Shown: positions 40,050 through 59,695, counted from the first letter of the stretch. The stretch is DNA of 64,000 nt from Eledone cirrhosa (GCA_964016885.1 OZ024742.1:46190001-46254000), one strand, 5' to 3'. Made by a program: numbers and translations. Notes: generated by a model not told the origin, from the sequence alone.

Positions 40050-41318
40050 TATAAGGAGGAGGTTATAGTTCACTTGAAGCATTGTGTAATGAGGTATAAA
40101 CGTTTGAATATGTGTAATAAGGCCAAGACAATGCAGGTATGGACATAGAAAAAAGAATGCAATAGTGAAAGATATTGATGTGAATTCGTCTTTCACCTTG
40201 AATTTATTTAAATGTCCTTAATTTTCCAGATAATATCTCTTCTTCGGAGGGAAGTAAAGGTCTCAAACCAGCGTCTTTAAATCTCTAGTCAAGCCATGCT
40301 GACCGGAAATAGTATAGAATATCTGTTCTAACTCTAATATCAAAGAATTAAAATTAGGTGGATAAAGAGTAGTCTCCCTTTAAGAGGGGTTTGTTTAGGT
40401 TTTGTTTTTTTTTTAAATTTTATATACGTGCCTGTATATGTGTATGGGAGAATGCATGAAGGTGTAGGTATGTGGGTGTGTGTGTGAGTGTGGGAAGATA
40501 GGTCTAAACGTAAAAGTGTGGGGGGGGGGGGGGTAGGTGTTATCTGGTGTTAGAACTGGTTTTGTGTGTGTATGTGTAGGAGAGAATAAGTGGAGGTGTG
40601 CGCGTGCGTGTGTGTGGGGTGTGTAAAAATGGGGCTAGAGGCCCTATCAGGTTATAAATTGGGTGTTGAGCTCTAGTCTATTATTGATTGGTGGATGTGT
40701 TCTATCTATAATAAGTGCTTCCTTAATTCTAAGATTGCCGAGGTTTCTTTCCTTAGTTTCTATCCTAACTGTTATGTTTTTATCGGTGTTTTTGCATTTA
40801 ACTAGGTGTTTCTTAAATGAGGAAGCGTTGGTATTGAGGTGTTCTTTTATTCTTATGTGGAGTGGTCTGGTGGTGCTACCTACGTAGAAGTTGTTGCATT
40901 TGTCACACTCTAGTCTGTATACTACGTAAGCCTGGTGGCCCAACATACCTACACCTTCATGCATTCTCCCACACACATATACAGGCACGTATATAAAATT
41001 TAAAAAAAAAACAAAAAAAACCTAAACAAACCCCTCTTAAAGGGAGACTACTCTTTATCCACCTAATTTTAATTCTTTGATATTAGAGTTAGAACAGATA
41101 CTCTATACTATTTCCGGTCAGCATGGCTTGACTAGAGATTTAAAGACGCTGGTTTGAGACCTTTACTTCCCTCCGAAGAAGAGATATTATCTGGAAAATT
41201 AAGGACATTTAAATAAATTCAAGGTGAAAGACGAATTCACATCAATATCTTTCACTATTGCATTCTTTTTTCTATGTCCATACCTGCATTGTCTTGGCCT
41301 TATTACACATATTCAAAC

Positions 41319-41320
<2 letters not shown>
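40050..41320 (-). mobile_element. 5'-truncated PLE (GIY-YIG C-terminus 40647-40940) flanked by ~375-bp inverted pLTR copies
   Basis: VVYRLECDKCNNFYVGSTTRPLHIRIKEH...KEAL; arms 40100-40473 and 40943-41320 nearly identical; HHR-like CCT-CCGAAGA...GAAA-AT-TA-AGG at 40216-40250 (-) and 41170-41204 (+). Confidence 0.9.
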
Positions 41321-41375
<55 letters not shown>

Positions 41376-41483
41376 ATATTAATAAATGGAAACTATATTT
41401 ATAAAAACATATTTATTTGATTATACATATTTGAAGGACACCAAAGCAAATTATGGTGCGCATTCATCAGATAAAATATAATA

Positions 41484-41830
41484 TATACCTTCCTGCCAGG
41501 TGGTTGAACGTCTGAAAGTATATACTTTCCTTATGCATATTAACGGCTGAGCAGCCCAATTTGCATATCGAGTGAGTTCAGTCGGCCGGGTACACAGAAA
41601 ACGATAAATGGAATAGAATGAAACGAAATTTCAGCCGTTAATATGCATAAGGAAAATATATACTTTCAGACTTTCAACCATCTGGCAGGAAGGTATACGA
41701 TGCTGACGATAGCTAATAAGCTTGAAACTAGTACATTGTTTCTGTGTCAGTGTTGAACAAAAAGGTGACGTGGTTGCCTAAACACTGTACGGCGTAATTC
41801 GGGCTGTTTGTTTGTTTGTTTACAAACAAA
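41484..41830. mobile_element. Octamer/HHR unit distantly related to the 467-bp monomer, with a 67-bp inversion
   Basis: Inverted arms 41484-41550 / 41631-41697; shares AATTTGCATA..GAGTG...CCGG...ACGATAAA...GAAACGAAATT with the array. Confidence 0.75.
41698..41738 (+). ncRNA. Type I hammerhead ribozyme
   Basis: CGATG-CTGACGA-T AGCT aata AGCT T-GAAA-CTAG-TA-CATTG. Confidence 0.85.
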
Positions 41831-41949
41831 CAAACCGAGCATTATAATAAATGTTCGGTAAACCGATACGTGCATATATATATGTGTGCATGTATGTATA
41901 TATATATATACATACTACTGTACGTCTGTATACATATATGTATGTACGT

Positions 41950-42119
<170 letters not shown>

Positions 42120-42158
42120 CATTGTTCTTGTAGCATGATATTAATATATATATGTAGC

Positions 42159-42226
<68 letters not shown>

Positions 42227-42477
42227 CATTTTTCTTGTAGCTTGATATTAACGCTGACTGGTCTCCTTCTTCCTTTCTGTTTTTCTTCTATTTGACCGGG
42301 AGGTTAGTAGCACACTATAAGCTTTGGCCCCCTCGCCAGAAGGCCTCAAATAGACCGAATAGCCAGCACTTGAGGGCGACCGGCTAAAACGGTGGATGTT
42401 AGATGGTCGGTCGTCCTCGGGTCTATGGTTTTCAGCCCCATGGATTTTATCTATTACATTCATTTATTATATTTCGA

Positions 42478-42535
42478 ATACCTGATGATATCACCGGATT
42501 CATACGGAACCCGGTCATTGAAATGATCATAGTAT
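42478..42535 (+). ncRNA. Type I hammerhead ribozyme downstream of a GC-rich structured module
   Basis: ATAC-CTGATGA-TAT c ACCGG a TTC atacg GAA c CCGGT c ATT-GAAA-TGATCA-TA-GTAT. Confidence 0.8.
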
Positions 42536-42735
42536 AATAAACCTGTCAAGGATTTACACAAGTCCAGCCTCCTCTTATTTTGTTATAATATTTAACTCCG
42601 TACTAGCACCACCAACTACAACAAACGAAGACGTTTGAACTGCTTTACGTTGAGTACTCTCCATATTATTACATTAAGATTGACCATACGGAATTGACCA
42701 GCTCTATCCAGTGGTGAACATTCAAACCTGAATAA

Positions 42736-42932
<197 letters not shown>

Positions 42933-42985
42933 TGTATATATATATATATATATATACATGTATATATATAGATATATATACATTC

Positions 42986-43067
<82 letters not shown>

Positions 43068-43270
43068 ATACTTGGGGAGGGTCATATTTGTGTAATATTG
43101 CCAGAATTAATAACAGAACACACTCACTGTTTGGTTGGTTTTCGCTTTTCGCTTCTGTGTCTTTTATATCGGTAATCTAATTTATTCGGTCCTCAATGTT
43201 GCCATTGACTGACCGACGGTAAAAAATAATACAGATACAATATAGACACAAACACATATATATATAGTTT

Positions 43271-43312
43271 ATCAAAGTTCTTTCGTTGCACATCTGCAAC
43301 ATCGTCAGCGGT
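43271..43312 (-). ncRNA. Hammerhead motif in a Neptune-related pLTR fragment (43060-43590)
   Basis: CTGACGA-T-GTTGCA gatg TGCAAC-GAAAGAACTT-TGAT; same stem III as 2769-2811 with a different but fully paired stem II; weak stem I. Confidence 0.65.
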
Positions 43313-43594
43313 GCTATTGTTTCCTCCCGTTACATTGTATGTCTACGCCATTTTTATTTAGTCTGTCTATATATTTATCTATTTATTTGTTTGTTTGTTT
43401 ATTTTATTTTGTCTTCTTTGCGCATACGTTTGCGTGTGTGTATAGTGTTTTGTTTGATGTGTGTTCGTGATTGGGTGACTGTGTATCAGTTAATGTATTC
43501 TATCTTTACTAGTGTGTGTTTACATGTGTTTGTTGTTATTCTGCTTGTGTATGTATTTATTTATTTATTTATCTATTTATTTATTTACACTTCA

Positions 43595-46560
<2,966 letters not shown>

Positions 46561-46741
46561 CGATATGGTTCGGTCTTGTCTATATGAATCTCAGATCTGT
46601 CTATGGAATTGTAGGCCATGATACCATCTTGAAGTATATATATTTATTTACATTTTATTTATTCTGTATATATGTACTAGCAGTTTCTCAATTGACATAT
46701 CCTGTTATATATCGTTAAAATTTATATATATATATATATAT

Positions 46742-47380
46742 CATCATCAGCAAGACATTGTCACGCCCTTGAATGCATTCTGCAAACTCGGTCACGGGAC
46801 AGCCTTGACCAATTGGGACCCAAATGACGAACGAGGTTGTCTTTCTATCTCCCTCTTGGTCATCCTCTTGGTCTTGCCCACTCTCGTAGAGTTCACTTCG
46901 TCACTCAGATGGTCGACCTTTTGTCCTGCCCTCTGGCGATGTGACCTACACAGCGTTATTTTAATCTTTTGAGGGCATTAACGATGTCGGTCACTCCAGT
47001 CTGTTATCTGATTTATGTGTTGCTCTACCTGTCGCCAAGTGTGATATCTAGCATGATACCCTTTTTATTTCCTCCGCGCAACCGCAAGTATCTCCATGTG
47101 ACCGGTAGTCAGGGCCCACGTCTCACTGCCGTAGATTACCACTTCTTTTTGATCTTTGGCAGGAGGTTTCTGTTTCGTGTTATATAACTGTCCACCTCTT
47201 CGATAGTTTTCCTATTGACAATGACTGGAGTTTTATTTGTGTATTCGTTCATCATCATTATTGTTTTGCCTAGGTGCATATAGAGATCAACTTGCCTGCT
47301 GGTTTTGTGGATGTCGGTGATTATGTCTAGGAACCTTGTGCTGTCTGCGCCCCGAGGACGATGTCATCGGCGACGATCAA
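46742..47380 (-). mobile_element. RTE-clade LINE 3' fragment
   Basis: ADDIVL...LYMHLGKT RT motifs, RPRGRP-like C-terminus, (TGA)n tail. Confidence 0.65.
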
Positions 47381-47482
47381 GTATATATATATATATATAT
47401 GCAATACAGGCTATCGAAATTGGTCCTAAAAGATAAAGGTATTTCTGTAAACACACACATATACACATAGTTATAATAATCT

Positions 47483-47797
47483 TTTTAGCATTGGTACAAG
47501 ACCAGTAATTTGGAGAAATAGGAAAATCGATTATATTGATCACGATACTTAACTAGTACTTTATTTTATCGAACGATGAAAAGAAAAATTGATTTCGGTG
47601 GGATTTGAACTCAGAGTATCGAAAGGCGTAGGTAAACATCGTAAAACATTTTGTTCGACACTCTACCGATACTACTAATTCACAATCATGGCAGTTACGA
47701 TAGTGTTATTAATAATTAACTCAGATCATAAAGAGCCATAACTCTATGCTGCAAAGCAGGGTGCCATACCCTCTACCGATACTGCCAATCCAACGCT
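47483..47797 (-). mobile_element. Two adjacent SINE copies
   Basis: GGGATTTGAACTCAGA and CTCTACCGATACT.C.AAT family motifs occur twice. Confidence 0.75.
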
Positions 47798-48663
47798 CGA
47801 TAGTTTGTTTAATACCGTTCATTTCAAATCGTTAGTTAATTAATAATTTTGTCACATTCTTGCTATTAACTCTCTGAGGAAATATCATATCAATGTGATA
47901 TCTTGCTTAGTTGGACATGATTTAAATTTGTCTAACCTTCGAGTGATAGATGGGTGACAAAATATCTATGATCTAGGCGAGAAGATCTGTTGAAAAGCTG
48001 ATAAAAGATTTATACGTAAATGTAAAATAAAGAAAAAAAAGAGCCTGCTGGAATACTTATCTTTAACTTAATGATGGTGGATATTGGTAAGAATTGCTAT
48101 GAGAAATAAGAGTATGTTACTCCCAGCAGGATATCGTAATACAAGACATCTCTGTATTTATCATTTCAAATAATAGTCAATATCTACCATAGTAAATATG
48201 ACCTCATACAATTCTAAGAAGAAGCAGCATTGATGTTCCTGCTGAACATGCTGGTTTGCAAGATACAAAGGAAATAATCTCATGAATGGCAACTGATGTC
48301 GTTGAAAGACAATTTTATGACAGAAAATTATACATATAATACCCAAGTCATAAGAACATTTCACTTTCTGATTAATGTCGGATCAACTAGAATGATGCAT
48401 GCCACTTAAGGTAAAAAAAAGTCTTTTTTTTCTGTATAATTCTTTACTTACATCATTTTCTTTTCATTCTTAGGAATCACCAGAGATGTACATCTGGTTT
48501 TATTCAATGATGTTTTATTTTTGTTCTCTCGTTTATTCTCTTTTCTGTAGTTTTTCATGCTACATCTTTCGTTGTTTGTCCACTTATTTTGTGACTATAG
48601 AATCACATAAAATAAATATATATAGGAACTCAACTACTGTCTCCAGTGTAATGTTTTGTTTTC

Positions 48664-50640
<1,977 letters not shown>

Positions 50641-50999
50641 ATATATATTTTCTGAATACGTTTCAGATTTATTTCTATGATTAAAAAAAGAAATGCTGCG
50701 TGACATAAGGAATTATGTTTACTAATAGATTATTATCAAATCTTGTTTCCCAGTTCTGAAAAACTCTGTCGCTGATTTCTGAAAAATGAAAGAAAATTCC
50801 TATAACCTATTCAAAGCTCTGTTAGTGTTAGTGATAAGATATTTACAGACACATACATACGCGGCAGACACACATACAAACGGACACATTCATCCATTAA
50901 TACATAGAAACATACATACAAACAAACATACATATATACATACAAACAAACATACATACATACAAACATACAAACATACAAACATATATACATAAATAC

Positions 51000-51345
51000 A
51001 ACTGGCGTGATATTGTTGTTAGGGACCACACATTGAAACTGTGTTCTCTTGTAGAGATCAGTTGCCTTCTTGATGTCAACGTTGTAAGAAAAACACAGGA
51101 GAAGGAGGACATCTACAGATCATTGATGAGGAGTTTGCACATCCAGTATCCAAGATACACCTTCAGCTTCATACCCATTATTATTAGAGCTGCAGGTTAT
51201 ATACTAACCTGCTTGGACCAAACTATGACTGACCTTAGGTTTGTGGACAAAGAGCACATCTCCCTAATTCATAGACTACAAATGGCTGCGATAGCTGGCA
51301 CCTTCAAAATTTGCAAAACATTCTTGCGATTCAAGGGATGACAAT
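51000..51345 (+). mobile_element. REL-endonuclease LINE 3' fragment (R4/NeSL-like)
   Basis: DIVV...LVEISC..D...KEDIY...FIPIII...LQMAAIAGTFKICKTFL. Confidence 0.65.
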
Positions 51346-51899
51346 TTTTTTTCTTTACAACCTTGCCACCAAGAAGGCGACCGGTAAAAAATGTACTCAA
51401 AATTAAGAGAGAGAAAATAACATACATACATACATACATCATGGTGACCTTTATGGTCAGTCCAATACTCGGACGTGTATAATTATTGTATATATGAAAG
51501 CAGCATACCATTTATTGGAAAAGTTGAGCTTTAGAATGCGGTAAGGCTACATACGAATATTTCTAGATAAGTGTTTAAACATTATATATATAGTAACATA
51601 TCTATATAAATGATACATACATTTTAGCATATTTATATACACATAACGAAATAAGCCAAGTAACGATTCAAAACAATGCACCCCCATCCCACAAAAATCG
51701 CTAAATATGAACATTTAAATAGAATTGTAGAATTAAAAGCACAATGAAAAGAATGGTTATCCAAGCTGTGAACAACTTTAAATTTATTTCTTACAAAACT
51801 GTCTATTTTGAAAAATAAATACAAATATCAGTGAACAGACAAAATCATCGTATAATTCAACGTATAAGTCTCCCTCGACCCAATTGTGACTACAGTCAT

Positions 51900-53755
51900 T
51901 GTGTACAATGGAGCTACAATCTCAACAAAGATTTATATGAAGCAGATACAAAATCTGACCCCCAAAGTTCTGTTTTAATCAAAGGATAAACAATTTGTTG
52001 AACTCTAAACACCCAGAATTAGATTTTCCCCCAAAACATTTAAATGAACAAGCAAAACGTATCATTAGATGTAAATTGATACATATAACGGAACTGTCTG
52101 ATTCAAAGCAGGCTGGCACTACAAATGCAGACATTAAAGAAAATCATCACACTTCGCCTGATGGACAGACAGATCAGCCAGCTAAATCTATCAGTAGACA
52201 ACACATCAGCAATTTAGCTGAAATGTATAAACAGAACACCAAAAACTTGTGGACACCTTACAAATGATCTGGGATGATATGTTTCAACAGGTCCACAACC
52301 ATAATTTGAGTTACAGGCCATACACCATAATTGAAAGTAAAGAAACCAGTAAATTAGAATTGGAGGCAGTAAACGAAATAGCAGACAATTTTCTGAAGGC
52401 CACACAGTCCAATGGTATGAAAACAACCTATGAAATCGTTCACCATTTGATATAAGTCTCAGTTATCATATTGCTAGAGTGTCGCAAAGAGCTGAAGCCC
52501 CGCAATCGAGATACAAGCAAAAATCCTGAACCTGCATGTAACTTTTAAAAAGAAGAACAACAAAAAACAAACAAAAAATTGAGAGGCGATCTGGAGATTC
52601 AGGATCTAAAACCCTAAACTACAAACTACACCAGCAGAAACAATTCACATATTCAGATGAAAAACTAAAATATAAATCTATAGCATATAAACAGCAAATG
52701 CTGAATAAGTTATTTGCCAGAGATCCGAAGTCAGTCTATCATAGTTTCAATGTGAAAGTCTCAATGCCTGTTAAAGACAACCCCACAAAAAATCAGGCTT
52801 AAAGCTACTGGAGATCTTAAAGGGAAACAAATGAGGAATTCAACAAACAAACTGTATGGCTAAAAGAACTAGAACAGGACTCCTACTAGCATGTCCAGTA
52901 AAAGCAATATGAAATAGACGGGGCAATACGGAAAACAATTCTACAGAAAATGTAAAACAGAATATCCCCAGACCCAAACCTCATACAGGTTATTGACTGA
53001 ATAATTTCATTTTTTATCGGCGAGATCTCATTCGGTTGTACGAAAAAAGTATCAAAGGCACACAAGAACTGCCTGAAATGGTTATCAACTGCCACTAATC
53101 TCCTCATACTCCAATATAGTCAAATCACCCTTGTAAAAGATTACCACCTTATAGCCTGCCAGAACATCATGTATAAATTATACACTGGATACCTCAATCT
53201 GTTCTTGCAGGATCATTGTACCACCAACAACATTTTAGCCCTGAGCTAGCTGGGGGAAAAAGGAGGTGTGGGGCTGTATAGAGCATCTACTAATTAACAA
53301 AATGACCCAGAAAAGAAAACAGCAAAGAATCATAGTAACTTGACTGTAGTGTGGCTGGATTACCAGAAGGAATTTGATAGTATACTCTATGGGTGGATTA
53401 TCAAGGCTTTATAGTTAGCTAAATCCCACAACCAATAGTAACTGCTATAGAACCCCTGACCAAGAAGTGGTACACCACTTTGTTTCTTAAAGGAGATGAG
53501 GAGCAAATTGAGACTAATAGCACTCACTACCAAAAAGACATCTTTCAGGGTGGTCAATGCGGCTCTTCATTCTCTTATTCAACCCACTATCATACCTGCT
53601 TACAAAACATAGTGGCCATAGAAATGGATCCAGAAGTATCTCCCTTCTTTTGTTTTGTCAATGACCTGAAGTTGTATGGGCTAAATATCAACTACATAAA
53701 AAAATGAAGATGGACCTAATTACTCTATTTTGTACAGGCATTGGAATGTAATTTG
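51900..53755 (+). mobile_element. Highly decayed R4/Dong-like RT
   Basis: PIACQNIMYKLYTG-like, WLDYQKEFDS, IFQGG, FVNDLKLY remnants. Confidence 0.65.
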
Positions 53756-53759
53756 GCAC

Positions 53760-54740
53760 TTCTATGACTCCACCAGTCTCGGTCTCTTCTTGACAAGCTG
53801 TAGTCCTGGGACAAGAAGAGACCAAGACTGGGCGCCTGGCATCTGGAATGTTGTCAGGCGCTCACTGCCCTCTACCAGGCGGGCAATGAGGTCAGTGGAA
53901 CTTCCACTCTAGAGTTCTATAGAGGATTAGTGGTGGGCAAGTGCGACGACGCTCTCGGGGAGATTCCAAGCGTTGACGAGAATGAACTAGCCAGTCTTTT
54001 CCGGAGGACTTTCGAGCCGGGGACTATGGACAATTTCCAGAAATTCTTCGCGTGGCAGTGATACCGGGGAGCCCTGCCAGTTTGAGATAAACTCTATAGG
54101 CACGGTAATGTTGTCAGACGAAACCATTTTGCACGCACTCGTCCAGTGCTCGTGTATTGCTGACTTATGGAGTTATGTCGAACAACTATTGTCGCGGCTA
54201 TCGACCGAGTCCACAGTGAAGATTGCACTGCCACCTTCTTTTGACCGGGAAGAGTAGACAATTTTCCTGTCTGATAGCTGTAGCGAAAGAGGTCTGGTGG
54301 ACGGGACTGAAAGGTCTGAAGACAAACACGTTCCTCTTCGGTCAAGCCTGCGTCACCTTTTTCAAGTTCCACTTGGAAAGGAAGATAAGGGTGGAGAGAG
54401 AAATGTTGCCCACAGAACATTTTTTAAAAGGTGGGTGATTGTTATGAGAATGGCCCGTATGAATGGGCCCACTCTGAGTATGCGCCTGTAGGCTGGAAAG
54501 ATGGAGGGAGAGAGGAGCGCCCACTTAGGGTGTTCTTGGAGATGAGGTTGGGTTGGAATTTGTGGGGTTTCTAACGTCACCCCTGGGTGGTATCCCCCCC
54601 CCTACTGAGGAATTTTGTTGTTGATATTTTTATTTTGTTTATTTGTTTTGTTAATTTTTTTACTCGATTGCATGTAAACCACGACTGTCTCCGTCTTTGT
54701 ATTGTCCTCTGTGTTCGGCCCTTGTGGCCAATAAAGAAAT
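53760..54740 (+). mobile_element. L1/Tx1 LINE 3' end
   Basis: Homologous to 8900-9220 + 10236-10400 (-); ends AATAAAGAAATC. Confidence 0.85.
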
Positions 54741-55235
54741 CATTATTTTTAGTAGGTTAATGAACCGCATGTAAAGTTTCCTCGTTGGATCTGACGCAAA
54801 TTGTGAACAAGCTCATCGGAACTGTTTGTTATCCTTTCAAGTGAGACACACTCGGTTCCTAAACCGCATAAGAAGATTCCTGCTATTTGACAGCTTCAAT
54901 ATATAACATCTTACACCATTTATTATTATAAATGAATATATATTTGTTTAACTTCAACCAAGTAATAGATTGGTATCATAATTTAATTATAGAGATTTTC
55001 CATAAATCTGTGAACCAAGCAAACAGCGACCATGTTGTTAAGCTATTCTAAAGTAAAAAACTATTCAGTGGCCTTCATTTCTCTCACTAAAGATTTATGT
55101 CATATATAATCAGTGACAATTATTTGGAAATATCCAGCAGTATTAATCTAGTCTGTCTTAATCGATTTACACACAAATACACGTACACACAGAGAAACAC
55201 ACAGAGATGCACATGCACATACAGCATACTACACG

Positions 55236-55324
<89 letters not shown>

Positions 55325-55782
55325 GTATAGATATATAGTGTAGGTCATTCAGTGAATTACTGGTGTTGGTACCAATGTAAACACCCTGTACACAGGCAGA
55401 GTGTATATATTAGAACAAAAACGAGGAAGTTTCGTTTACATGTGTATGATATTTATTGCATCTGCTTTTCAGACTGGCGATGTGACGAAATATATATATA
55501 TATATGTCATTGTTATTTATTGTTTATTTATTTATTTTAATAATAGTGAGTAAAATCGAAGTTGCAGCTGCGATTAACATTTTCGAAATCAATCTTCAAA
55601 AGCTGGAACGGAGCACTCAATGAGATGATATCGATAAATCGATATAGCTCAGAGTAATAAACATACATTAAGGGTGTAACACAGTGAAAATTGCGGCCGG
55701 ATAAATGTTGACACAAAACCCACCACAACAACGAAAATACAAACAGGTTAAAGACGAACCTGGACCTGATAGATATATAAAT

Positions 55783-55972
55783 AGCGGTGGATTGGCAGTA
55801 TCGGGAGAGGGTCGGACGCCATGCTTTGCAGCAAAGAGTTACGGCTCTTTATGGTCTGAGATCAAATCCCGCCGAGGTTAACTTTGCTTTTCATCCTTAC
55901 GGGGTCGCTAAAATAAAGTACCAGTAATACACTGGGATAATTGCTGGCCTTGTGCCCAAAGTAGAAACAATT
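55783..55972 (+). mobile_element. tRNA-derived SINE, full length
   Basis: GCGGTGGATTGGCAG A-box-like head, GAGATCAAATCCC B-box-like, family body. Confidence 0.9.
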
Positions 55973-55987
55973 ATATAAATATCTTCG

Positions 55988-56032
<45 letters not shown>

Positions 56033-56114
56033 TGCAATGTCTCGATCTGTCCGCCGGCGAAACGATTGTAACACACAATAAATTGATTTCAGATACATCA
56101 CTGATATTTCGTTT

Positions 56115-56927
<813 letters not shown>

Positions 56928-57016
56928 TATATATATATATAGAGAGAGAGAGAGGTAGAACACTGGAAGCTAATATCCGTAGTGGTAGAGCACTCAGTGC
57001 ATGGGAAGAGTTAGGT

Positions 57017-57290
<274 letters not shown>

Positions 57291-57647
57291 TCATTTACGA
57301 ATACGCACCAACACACAGTCATATAACGTTGCAGGAGTGTTGATGACAGGGAGATGGATAGGTGAAAGGGGTCTGCAGCGACATTGGCAGTCAGAGCCTG
57401 ACCCTCAAAATATCACCGTCCCAACTTACCACAACAACTGGCACTCCACCACCACTTGCACCACCACCACCACCAACAGTCATCCCGTACGCTGGTCTAG
57501 GTAAAATGTTGTTTATCATTTTAACATTTTGTTTTAATTGCTGCTTTGAGCTGTTCAGACCCACACCACCCCTCCACCACCCCAACCAACAATCACACCG
57601 CAAGTCTACCATAAATACCACAGAATAGCAATAACAATAATGGTAAT

Positions 57648-58033
57648 AATTGTTTCTACTTTAGACACAAGGCCAGCAATTTGAAAGGAAGGGGAAAGCC
57701 GATTAAATCGATCCCACTGCTTACTAGTACTTTGTTTTATCCACCCTTGTAAGGATGAAAGGCAAATTTAACCTCGGCGGGATTTGAACTCAGGACCTAA
57801 AGGGCCATAACTCTATGATACAGAGTTATGGACCTTCACGTAATAATAATAATTGTTTATACTTTTGACACAAAGCCAGCAATCATCCCAGTGTATTACT
57901 GGTACTTTATTTTATCGACCCCGTAAGGATGAAAGGCAAAGTTAACCTCGGCAGGATTTGAACTCAGTCCGTAAAGGGACGTAATTGTGCTGCAAAGCAT
58001 GGCGTCCGACTCTCTACCGATACTGCCAATTCA
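57648..58033 (-). mobile_element. Two tandem SINE copies
   Basis: Family motif AAGGATGAAAGGCAAA.TTAACCTCGGC.GGATTTGAACTCAG occurs twice. Confidence 0.85.
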
Positions 58034-58240
58034 CGTAATGATAATAATAATAGTAGTAGTGATAGTAATAATAACAATACTATATATAGTAATCGCTGCA
58101 GATGATAACGGCTATTATTATATAGAACCATATAATATGACGGCTGCAGCTTGTTAGTGTCCGTCATCCTCATACTAGCGACTGGTGCTGGTCGCTAGTT
58201 GGAGAGGGGATACAGTTGGATGATTTTGAGTGATCTAGCT

Positions 58241-58380
58241 CAGTCATGGGCAAATTGCGGCCCATTTGGCTTTCTGAATTGCCCATCTATCCCAAAACTG
58301 TCTTGAATGTTTTAGTAGTACGGCCCGCTATATAATGAGACATCTTATGCGGCCCACTGCTCGAATAAGGTTGCCCATGC
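58241..58380. mobile_element. hAT-type MITE
   Basis: CAGTCATGGGCAA ... TTGCCCATGC termini with GCGGCCC subterminal motifs. Confidence 0.6.
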
Positions 58381-58643
58381 GATATTTATCACATCCTTAA
58401 CTTGTATGCTAGGTGTTTGAGGTCAATGGTAGGTGTATAGTTTATTCTGGGTTGGATTTGAGGCTGGCTTTGACTTTTTGAATCTACCTAATTATAGGTT
58501 ATCGATGGTCTTAGTTGGTTGCATATATATATCAGATAGGGTGTCTGGCTTTCGATTTATATCAGATAGTGTGTGGTAAAAAATCAGGTGGACCATAATC
58601 CACCAGAGTACTCAATACTTAGGGTAGTAGAGTGGGTAAACCT

Positions 58644-58715
<72 letters not shown>

Positions 58716-58810
58716 TTCAAGTAAGTGTAAGTTAATCACCGGCACTTCAGTATGCAGGATAGAGCACTCGACGAAGCACGCAGGTGGGTCTGTTTACTCT
58801 GGAGTATATT

Positions 58811-59128
58811 TATAAACATGAATTACAAGTCAACAGGTCAAACTTAACCTCGTTTATTCTTAGTGGCTGTTATATATATTTCGGTGATAACTGTTATGCA
58901 ACAGCTATAATCTCATCAGACAGCTAGAAGTTGAACAGAAAAAACCCCCAGAAAAACATAAGTAAGCTTTATTTCCCCTTTATGTTTTTCTGTTTCTTCT
59001 TTTCAAATTCTAGCTGTCTGATGAAGTCATAGCTGTTGCTTAACGGTTATCGACGTAATATATATATAACACTGACTATACATAAACGAAATTAATTTTA
59101 ACCTGTTGACTTGTACTTCGGGTTTATA
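58811..59128. repeat. Diverged ~150-bp-arm fold-back with hammerhead (58866-58924, -; decayed mirror about 59012-59075)
   Basis: GCTGT-CTGATGA-GATT ATAGCTGTT gcat AACAGTTAT CACC-GAAA-TATATA-TA-ACAGC. Confidence 0.8.
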
Positions 59129-59633
59129 TGTATGCATGGGTGTATGCATGTGTGCCTTTCTCTTAATATCCAGTACATTAAGGCAGTCTGCTAATATGCA
59201 AATCCGGCCGATCAGTCACTGTATATTCTAGAAAATGTCATATATTTTCACCAGCTCTGACAGGTAAGTAGTATACTACATTGAATATCGGTAAGAAGGT
59301 TTTTTTTATATCGATTTTTGACGGGCATCCACTGAGGATTTATAAGTGCCCACCTACATATATTCCTACGGAATATGTGCAGGCTTCTACATAATCTGGA
59401 CACATTTTTCCCAACTTGTAGAAAACTTATAATGAAACAATTGTTTGGAAAGGGAGATGTATTTTAATTATGTCTCATATAAAATAATACAACTGGCTAT
59501 CCACAAAATACATATAGTTAGCACCTCAAACGTAAAATTGGGATTATACTAAGGTATATCCTAATGTTTGTTGAGTGAGATGGAAGCCAGTCAGAGTATA
59601 GCTTGAAGCTTTAAGCTTTCTCTGTTAATGTAT

Positions 59634-59690
<57 letters not shown>

Positions 59691-59695
<5 letters not shown>

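Noticed and set aside
48120-48500. Possible host exons (GT/AG-like boundaries)
   Set aside because: Stops in the frames I examined and no recognisable protein; non-coding or very short exons cannot be excluded
59315-59400. CTGAGGA with flanking hairpins as another hammerhead
   Set aside because: No GAAA box closing stem II
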